Shown here piece after piece: positions 7,889 through 13,136 of a stretch of 13,136 nt of DNA (its first letter is position 1; each line of letters begins with the position of its first letter). A program made the translations under genes and the position numbers. The DNA lies in IMG/VR virus record IMGVR_UViG_2695420602_000002; one strand, 5' to 3'. The notes below the pieces were generated by a model. It ran no database searches and had not been told where the DNA came from. It was given only the letters and a program-made list of their open reading frames with translations. The stretch is from a virus. Lineage: Duplodnaviria > Heunggongvirae > Uroviricota > Caudoviricetes.

Positions 7889-8150
7889 GGGTTACAAAAG
7901 TTACAAAGTAAAGATATAAATATATTATATTGATTTATATGTAATTTTCACCAACTTGGAAAAGTTACAACCGGGTTACGATCGGGTTACTCTGTAACCT
8001 TATCTAAAGTTACAACTTAGATATTTAACTGATTGATTTTATTGGGTGTAACTTTAATGGAACCTTTTGTAACCTCACAAAGGTTACAAATTTAATTAAT
8101 ATAAATCATTGAGTTAAGCATATTATTTCACCCCCGTAACCGTTGTAACC
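7889..8150. repeat. Iteron array in both orientations (core GGTTACAA / TTGTAACC) around an AT-rich stretch; putative origin of replication
   Basis: At least nine copies of the GTTAC(A) core. They include tandem GTTACAAA x2 (7891-7907), palindrome GGTTAC-tct-GTAACC (7985-7999), and 11-bp inverted copies GGTTACAAAAG (7890-7900) and CTTTTGTAACC (8064-8074). AT-rich segment at 7905-7950 and a G8 tract at 7872-7879. Confidence 0.5.
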
Positions 8151-8580
8151 GACTTCCGTACCTCCCCTCAGTTTTTCAGTAAAACAGCTCTTTTTCTGTT
8201 AACCCTTTTTTCACACTTCACTTTCAAATCAGCGTGCACCGAGGGCAATAAATCAACATTGTGCAACACGAAAACAGCGTGCATAACTGGCCCGGGCGCA
8301 GCCGGAGTTTGGCTCTTTTTAAGGTGAAAATGATCGCTGCAAAATCACCGCACAAATTTGCACGCTAATGCACAATTTTTTTGATGGTACTTTTGCCACT
8401 CCAGCCCAGACGGGGCACGGCTTTGGCCGGACTGCACATTTGCACAAAAAAGCGGGCTTTCTGCGTGCGGGCGAGGCGGGGGAACAAGCGCGCGCTGAGA
8501 GGTGAGACAGGATGGCATATCCTGATTATTCTCCGGCTTGATGTGATGCGTTTTATAGATGGGTAATGCAGGAAGGTGGA

Positions 8581-8614
8581 TAATGAAAACACCTCTCAGC
8601 GTGGCTCTGAGAGG
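8581..8614 (-). terminator. Intrinsic terminator-like hairpin on the minus strand (CCUCUCAG-loop-CUGAGAGG followed by UGUUUUC)
   Basis: 8-bp stem (plus strand 8592-8599 / 8607-8614) with a 7-nt loop. The U-rich tract exists only on the minus-strand transcript. About 170 bp downstream of the minus-strand RHH ORF. Confidence 0.4.
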
Positions 8615-8784
8615 CTTATATTGCATCTGGTAGTTGATCACATCTTTTTGTGTTAATGCATCAATTTTTTTGAAGGGAACGGCACCCATCAGGCTAGATC
8701 GTGAAGGATTCAAGGGCAGATCTGTACCATATGAGCGTATGCGGCTGGATGTGTAATACACCCGCTCGTACGGGCTGGGCGGGG

Positions 8785-8994
8785 TTATATTCGATGTTTC
8801 CGGCAGGAATCGATCTCAGGAACGGCTATTCGCCCGATCCCTTTAGCCAGCAGACCCGCACCGGCCAGTTCGATCAGGCAACGACAATAGCTCGCACCAC
8901 TTCGCTTGCTCATCGCCACTATGTACTGATCCAGTTCATTGGGGATCCTCAGTGATTTCAGCACCGACCTGTTATTTCTGGGTAATGTGGGCAT
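8785..8994 (-). CDS. Arc/MetJ-like ribbon-helix-helix DNA-binding protein candidate, 69 aa, divergent from the late-like operon
   Basis: Strong SD (AAGGAGGAA) 4 nt before the ATG. Predicted beta-strand/helix pattern RSVLKSLRIPNELDQYIVAMSKRSGASYCRCLIELAG parallels P22 Arc (FNLRWPREVLDLVRKVAEENGRSVNSEIYQRV, recalled). Codon usage is plausible. Confidence 0.45.
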   Translation of the reverse strand: MPTLPRNNRSVLKSLRIPNELDQYIVAMSKRSGASYCRCLIELAGAGLLAKGIGRIAVPEIDSCRKHRI

Positions 8995-9058
8995 AGTTCC
9001 TCCTTTGGCCTGTCTGCATTATCTGCGCAAACCGTCCGGGACGAATGATGCTTATAGG

Positions 9059-9076
9059 TGTAGTACACCCCTGACA
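9059..9076 (+). promoter_or_regulatory. TGT-N12-ACA dyad (P2/P4 late-promoter activator-site pattern) upstream of the 245-aa gene
   Basis: TGTagtacacccctgACA read directly, ~75-90 bp upstream of the ATG at 9150. Ogr/Delta-family activators bind such dyads around -55 (established). One chance match in ~150 bp is not negligible. Confidence 0.3.
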
Positions 9077-9149
9077 ACCTTAACGGTGCGACTGGATTTA
9101 TTTTTCCTGCAATCATTTTCCCATCGCAATAATCACAAGGTGCAGGACG

Positions 9150-9887
9150 ATGACACAAAACAACATGCAGGCATTACTCGTGAGTTACCAGCAGCAGAAA
9201 GAGCTATTTGACCGTGCCTATAAGTCTCTTTCAGACGAAGAGAAGGTGCTTGCCAACCTGAGCGAGACAAAGCGAAAAATAGAAGTGGAGTCAAACGCGG
9301 GCCATAGTGCCGGTGACTGGGGGCTTGCGTTGCTCAGGAACGGAGGCGTTGAAAGTGCGGAAACAGATGGTGCGGCACTGTCCGCAGCGCAGGTGATGGT
9401 AAAGCTTCAAAAAATCCAGGAGTTGATTGAATCCCAGAGCCTGACGGTGCTTGATCTACGGATTCAAACCGCAAGCCAGGCACGCCAGACGAAAGAGGCT
9501 TATTTTAAACTTTCGTCAGTGATTGCGGATTCTTTTCTCCAGTCTCTTAAAGACGACCTCAGAGCGCTGGTTGGTGAGCGATTGTCTGTCGTCATTGGGC
9601 TTTATTCTCTGGCAGGATTAAACACCAGTGATGCAGAAAGAATATTATCAGATGAATTTATGAAGTTACTTCGCGTTGACTCCAGAACGGTTGTACGTGA
9701 ATTATTGAGTGATGCTGACAGTAGTCTTTTCAGCGATCCTGTACTGGCATTTTTCCCCGGTGCATTGTCTGGCAGTATTAACCATGCGTTAAATAACAGT
9801 CCTTCGCCAATTCAGGAATCTAAAGCACGCTCTGATATGGATTATAAGAAGAGACTGGCGGCGGGTATTGAGCCATTCAGAAAATAG
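9150..9887 (+). CDS. Hypothetical coiled-coil-rich protein, 245 aa; possibly a Sid/Psu-like or scaffold-like capsid-associated protein (positional inference only)
   Basis: Good ORF with a Q/E/K/L-rich helical composition. Immediately upstream of the capsid-like gene and Ogr. Length similar to P4 Sid (244 aa, recalled), but no sequence match could be verified. Confidence 0.65.
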   Translation: MTQNNMQALLVSYQQQKELFDRAYKSLSDEEKVLANLSETKRKIEVESNAGHSAGDWGLALLRNGGVESAETDGAALSAAQVMVKLQKIQELIESQSLTVLDLRIQTASQARQTKEAYFKLSSVIADSFLQSLKDDLRALVGERLSVVIGLYSLAGLNTSDAERILSDEFMKLLRVDSRTVVRELLSDADSSLFSDPVLAFFPGALSGSINHALNNSPSPIQESKARSDMDYKKRLAAGIEPFRK

Positions 9888-9924
9888 TCTTGATTAAATT
9901 CATACCATCAATGGAGTTTTTTAT

Positions 9925-10962
9925 ATGAAAAACAGCACCAGAGAAAAATATGATGCATGGTGCTTATTGCAGGCATCACAAAATAAGCTGAACAGTTCAA
10001 AGCTGGATGGGATTTCCTTTTCACTTACACCATCTGCATCGCAAACTATTGTTGATAAGATGCAGGAAAGCGCAGATTTACTTAAACAGATAAATATTCT
10101 GGAAGTGGACGAGCAGGAAGAAGAGTCGATCGGGCTTACATCTGTACCGCTGTCCAGTACGAACAACTCAACGACAGAGGCACGCCAGCCCGTACAAGGT
10201 TGTACAGCAGAGACTGACCGATACCGTTGTGAGCAGGTGAATACTGATACCTATGTTTCTTATGAGAAACTGGATCAGTGGGCGGGCCTTGATAATTTCT
10301 TCGGGCATATGGAGAGCCAGATTTATCGCCGTCAGGCACTGGATGTAATACTGACTGGCATTTATGGCACTCACCATGCGGCTAAATCAGATATTACTGC
10401 TAACCCGTTGCTTCAGGATGTTAATACCGGCTGGTTAGAAAAGTGGCGGCGAAATGCCTCAGCCCGCGTGGTTAATGGTGTATCGGTCAGTCGCCGCAAT
10501 AACGCCAATATTATCGAGTCCAGCGGGGATTACGGTACTATTGACTCTCTGACGATGGAGGCATATCAGGAATTATTAGATCCGTGGCACACCGGGGATT
10601 CAGATCTTGTTGTTATTTGTAATCTCTCATTGATTACAGGAAAGTATTATCCCTTTGTTAATAATCTTGGAGTGACACCAAATAAAGAGTTGCTCGCTTT
10701 AGCATTACAAAATGAGAACCGTCAGATCGGAGGGCTTCCCGTTTGCCCAATTCCGTTCTTTCCTCAAAATGCGATGCTGGTTACTTCGCTTGATAATCTG
10801 TCTTTGTACTGGCAAACAGGAACACACCGCCGCAAAATCTCGGAAGAACCGGAATTTAACCGCGTCTCAACCTATGATTCGTGGAATAACGCCTATGTGG
10901 TCGAAGACTACGGCAAGGGATGCCTGATTGAAGGGATTATCTGGGGTAACGATCAGCGTTAA
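9925..10962 (+). CDS. P2 gpN-family major capsid protein homolog, 345 aa
   Basis: Segments match gpN as recalled from memory: SQTIVDKMQESADLLKQINI (gpN TQTLMNTMQESSDFLTRINI), YRCEQVNTDTYVSYEKLDQWA (gpN YECDQINFDFYIRYKTLDLWA), LLQDVNTGWLEKWR, GDSDLVVI, HRRKISEEPEFNRV...YVVEDYGKGCLIE. The function needs a search to confirm. Confidence 0.6.
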   Translation: MKNSTREKYDAWCLLQASQNKLNSSKLDGISFSLTPSASQTIVDKMQESADLLKQINILEVDEQEEESIGLTSVPLSSTNNSTTEARQPVQGCTAETDRYRCEQVNTDTYVSYEKLDQWAGLDNFFGHMESQIYRRQALDVILTGIYGTHHAAKSDITANPLLQDVNTGWLEKWRRNASARVVNGVSVSRRNNANIIESSGDYGTIDSLTMEAYQELLDPWHTGDSDLVVICNLSLITGKYYPFVNNLGVTPNKELLALALQNENRQIGGLPVCPIPFFPQNAMLVTSLDNLSLYWQTGTHRRKISEEPEFNRVSTYDSWNNAYVVEDYGKGCLIEGIIWGNDQR

Positions 10963-11030
10963 CCCGTCTCCGGTCTGGTTCAGTATGGTATTATTATTGC
11001 GATACTAACCAGACCAGAGGAGAAGCGCAT

Positions 11031-11264
11031 ATGGCTATGCGTTGCCCTCAATGCCATGCAACGGCGAAGACAAGAACCAGCGTTGAACTCAGCGACCTGG
11101 TAAGAAAAAGCTATCATCAGTGCCAGAACCTTAAGTGTGGCCTGACGTTTATCTCTATGACAGAGATTTACTGCACGCTTAACCGTCCCGATTTGCCATC
11201 ACATACCCTTGAAGCCCTTCCACCGGACAAGTTCCCGATCAGCCACCAGGAAAAAACGCTGTAA
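11031..11264 (+). CDS. ogr: Ogr/Delta-family zinc-finger late-gene transcriptional activator, 77 aa
   Basis: C5-x2-C8-x22-C31-x4-C36 spacing with the SYHQCQNLKCGLTF motif (P2 Ogr RYHQCQNVNCSATF, recalled). RBS GAGGAGAAG upstream. Confidence 0.85.
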   Translation: MAMRCPQCHATAKTRTSVELSDLVRKSYHQCQNLKCGLTFISMTEIYCTLNRPDLPSHTLEALPPDKFPISHQEKTL

Positions 11265-11271
11265 ATACCCA

Positions 11272-11300
11272 TGCAGCCCCTATCTATAGGGGTTGCAGTG
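11272..11300 (+). terminator. Hairpin after ogr (GCAGCCCCTAT / ATAGGGGTTGC, one G-U) with a weak U tail
   Basis: 11-12 bp stem starting 8 bp after the ogr stop. The tail GTGCTTTAACA has only a short U-run. Confidence 0.35.
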
Positions 11301-11352
11301 CTTTAACAGCGGTGATAGATATCGCTAATAACAGGCCAGTAGTACGCTATCA

Positions 11353-11374
11353 AACGGGTACAATAACGGGTACA
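11353..11374. repeat. Tandem direct repeat AACGGGTACA x2 (candidate integrase arm-type sites in the attR arm)
   Basis: Two perfect 10-bp copies 12 bp apart, about 60-80 bp from the tRNA-like core. An IHF-like site TATCAATAAGTTA lies at 11403-11415. Confidence 0.3.
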
Positions 11375-11428
11375 TCTAACAGCCAATAAAACTATAATCA
11401 ATAAATATCAATAAGTTAAATTAAAAGA

Positions 11429-11448
11429 CGATTCCTGCAGGGACACCA
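11429..11448 (+). other. attR core: 3'-terminal fragment of a tRNA gene (T-loop/T-stem/acceptor/CCA), most like tRNA-Arg argW
   Basis: CGATTCCTGCAGGGACACCA ends in ACCA with T-stem and acceptor 3' halves but no 5' half, so it is a repeat copy and not a gene. The recalled argW 3' end is GGTTCGATTCCTGCAGGGGACACCA. Confidence 0.55.
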
Positions 11449-11838
11449 GATACCCTTCAAACGAAATCTACCTTCACCCCGTAAAAGATAGGTTTGGCAG
11501 CACACTTGCCTTATATCTACTCATTTTTACTGCAACAGGTTGAAATCTCAGCACTGTCAGAAAGCGCTGATGACTAAACAGCCCTGGGCCGGGCGATGTA
11601 ACCATCACACAGAATCCTGATAGCGAAATATGGCGTGACTCGATACTTCACTCCGCAATGCATTCCTTGATGAATTCGCAGGACCGTGATACACGGGACA
11701 GGTCGCTGAATGACGACAATGTCCTGGAAATCAGCGAACCGCGCATCTGAAGTACATTTGAGCGACTGTACCAGAACATGAATGAGGCGTTTAGATTAGG
11801 TGATTATTAGCAGGGCTAAGCACTTTAGTATTATTATT

Positions 11839-11877
11839 TTCCGGTTGAGGGATAGGGAGATATCGACAACAACCGGA
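11839..11877 (-). terminator. 11-bp perfect inverted repeat (TTTTCCGGTTG ... CAACCGGAAAA) just downstream of cscB; candidate terminator or protein-binding site
   Basis: Perfect IR with a 17-nt spacer, 12 bp beyond the cscB stop, followed on the minus strand by an AU-rich tail. Confidence 0.3.
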
Positions 11878-11888
11878 AAAGTTTACGT

Positions 11889-13136
11889 CTATATTGCTGA
11901 AGGTACAGGCGTTTCCATAACTATTTGCTCGCGTTTTTTACTCAGGAAGAAAATGCCAAATAGCAACATCAGGCAGACAATACCCGAAATTGCGAAGAAA
12001 ACTGTCTGGTAGCCTGCGTGGTCAAAGAGTATCCCAGTCGGCGTTGAAAGCAGCACAATCCCAAGCGAACTGGCAATTTGAAAACCAATCAGAAAGATCG
12101 TCGACGACAGGCGCTTATCAAAATTTGCCACGCTGTATTTGAAGACGGATATGACACAAAGTGGAACCTCAATGGCATGTAACAGCTTCACTAATGAAAT
12201 AATCCAGGGGTTAACGAACAGCGCGCAGGAAAGGATACGCAACGCCATAATCACAACACCGATAAGTAATGCATTTTTTGGCCCTACCCGATTCACAAAG
12301 AAAGGAATAATCGCCATGCATAGCGCTTCGAGTACCACCTGGAATGAGTTGAGATAACCATACAGGCGCGTTCCTACATCGTGTGATTCGAATAAACCTG
12401 CATAAAAGACAGGAAAAAGTTGTTGATCAAAAATGTTATAGAAAGACCACGTCCCCACAATAAATATGACGAAAACCCAGAAGTTTCGATCCTTGAAAAC
12501 TGCGATAAAATCCTCTTTTTTTACCCCTCCCGCATCCGCCGCTACGCACTGGTGATCCTTATCTTTAAAACACATGTTGATCATCATAAATACAGCGCCA
12601 AATAGCGAGACCAACCAGAAGTTGATATGGGGACTGATACTAAAAAATATGCCGGCAAAGAACGCGCCAATAGCATAGCCAAAAGATCCCCAGGCGCGCG
12701 CTGTTCCATATTCGAAATGAAAATTTCGCGCCATTTTTTCGGTGAAACTGTCAAGCAAACCGCATCCCGCCAGATACCCCAGGCCAAAAAAGAGCGCCCC
12801 CAGAATTAGACCTACAGAAAAATTGCTTTGCAGTAACGGTTCATAAACGTAAATCATAAACGGTCCGGTCAAGACCAGGATGAAACTCATACACCAGATG
12901 AGCGGATTCTTCAGACCGAGTTTATCCTGAACGATGCCGTAGAACATCATAAATAGAATGCTGGTAAACTGGTTGACCGAATAAAGTGTACCTAATTCCG
13001 TCCCTGTCAACCCTAGATGTCCTTTCAGCCAAATAGCGTATAACGACCACCACAGCGACCAGGAAATAAAAAAGAGAAATGAGTAACTGGATGCAAAACG
13101 ATAGTACGCATTTCTGAATGGAATATTCAGTGCCAT
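11889..13136 (-). CDS. cscB: Sucrose:H+ symporter (LacY-family MFS oligosaccharide permease), 415 aa
   Basis: Full ORF whose start is the last base of the window. The sequence (MALNIPFRNAYYRFASSYSFLFF...) matches E. coli CscB as recalled and shows LacY-family motifs and multiple hydrophobic spans. Confidence 0.85.
   Translation of the reverse strand: MALNIPFRNAYYRFASSYSFLFFISWSLWWSLYAIWLKGHLGLTGTELGTLYSVNQFTSILFMMFYGIVQDKLGLKNPLIWCMSFILVLTGPFMIYVYEPLLQSNFSVGLILGALFFGLGYLAGCGLLDSFTEKMARNFHFEYGTARAWGSFGYAIGAFFAGIFFSISPHINFWLVSLFGAVFMMINMCFKDKDHQCVAADAGGVKKEDFIAVFKDRNFWVFVIFIVGTWSFYNIFDQQLFPVFYAGLFESHDVGTRLYGYLNSFQVVLEALCMAIIPFFVNRVGPKNALLIGVVIMALRILSCALFVNPWIISLVKLLHAIEVPLCVISVFKYSVANFDKRLSSTIFLIGFQIASSLGIVLLSTPTGILFDHAGYQTVFFAISGIVCLMLLFGIFFLSKKREQIVMETPVPSAI

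Larger units (their letters stand above)
1..11448. mobile_element. P4-like satellite / phage-inducible chromosomal island, right-hand ~11.4 kb (left att and target tRNA lie outside the window)
   Basis: Integrase at the left edge, AlpA, primase-helicase, Ogr/Delta and a tRNA 3'-end fragment (GATTCCTGCAGGGACACCA) at 11429-11448 acting as the attR direct repeat. Size from int to attR is ~11.4 kb, similar to P4 (11.6 kb, recalled). Confidence 0.7.

Noticed and set aside
7889-8150. Short-repeat array considered as a CRISPR array
   Set aside because: Repeat units are only 7-11 bp, irregularly spaced and in both orientations, with no unique spacers of uniform length. This fits iterons or binding sites, not CRISPR.
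8345-9211. ORFs in the control region (8345..8761 -, 8365..8592 -, 8381..8566 +, 8701..8955 +, 8939..9211 +, 8958..9158 -)
   Set aside because: Low-complexity or Arg/Pro-rich translations, no RBS, some start on non-ATG codons, and they overlap the repeat and hairpin elements. Only the 8785..8994 minus-strand ORF has a convincing SD and a fold-like pattern.
9921-10927. ORFs antisense to or out of frame within the capsid-like gene (9921..10166 -, 10136..10339 -, 10168..10377 -, 10712..10927 +)
   Set aside because: Contained within a longer ORF that has recognisable capsid-family motifs.
11400-11448. AGTTAAAT ... GATTCCTGCAGGGACACCA read as a complete tRNA gene
   Set aside because: Only the 3' T-arm/acceptor portion is present. 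There is no anticodon arm or 5' acceptor strand, so it is an att repeat fragment, not a functional tRNA.
11800-12809. Plus-strand ORFs opposite cscB and in the flank (11800..12012, 12139..12357, 12420..12605, 12627..12809) and the minus-strand 12584..12787
   Set aside because: Antisense or out-of-frame shadow ORFs within or beside the well-supported permease gene.

Overview
The window holds the right ~11.4 kb of a compact P4-like satellite or phage-inducible chromosomal island, followed by chromosomal flank and the sucrose permease gene cscB on the minus strand. The island starts with its integrase at position 1 and ends at a tRNA 3'-end direct-repeat fragment (attR) at about 11429-11448. Its genes are co-oriented on the plus strand: a P4-type tyrosine integrase, an AlpA-family regulator, a structured leader or small-RNA candidate with an intrinsic terminator, six small overlapping genes (two tandem paralog pairs), a Zn-ribbon/TOPRIM/P-loop primase-helicase, a second complete tyrosine recombinase, an iteron-rich ori-like region, and a ~1 kb non-coding control region carrying an unannotated Arc-like ribbon-helix-helix ORF on the opposite strand. 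It ends with a late-like operon: a 245-aa coiled-coil protein, a protein resembling the P2 gpN major capsid family, and an Ogr/Delta zinc-finger activator. The most interesting points are that the satellite appears to carry its own P2-type capsid gene next to Ogr, that a second recombinase sits between the primase and the iterons, and that the RNA-structure control elements resemble P4 immunity. All functional calls rest on motif recognition and family sequences recalled from memory; no database search or folding computation was run.
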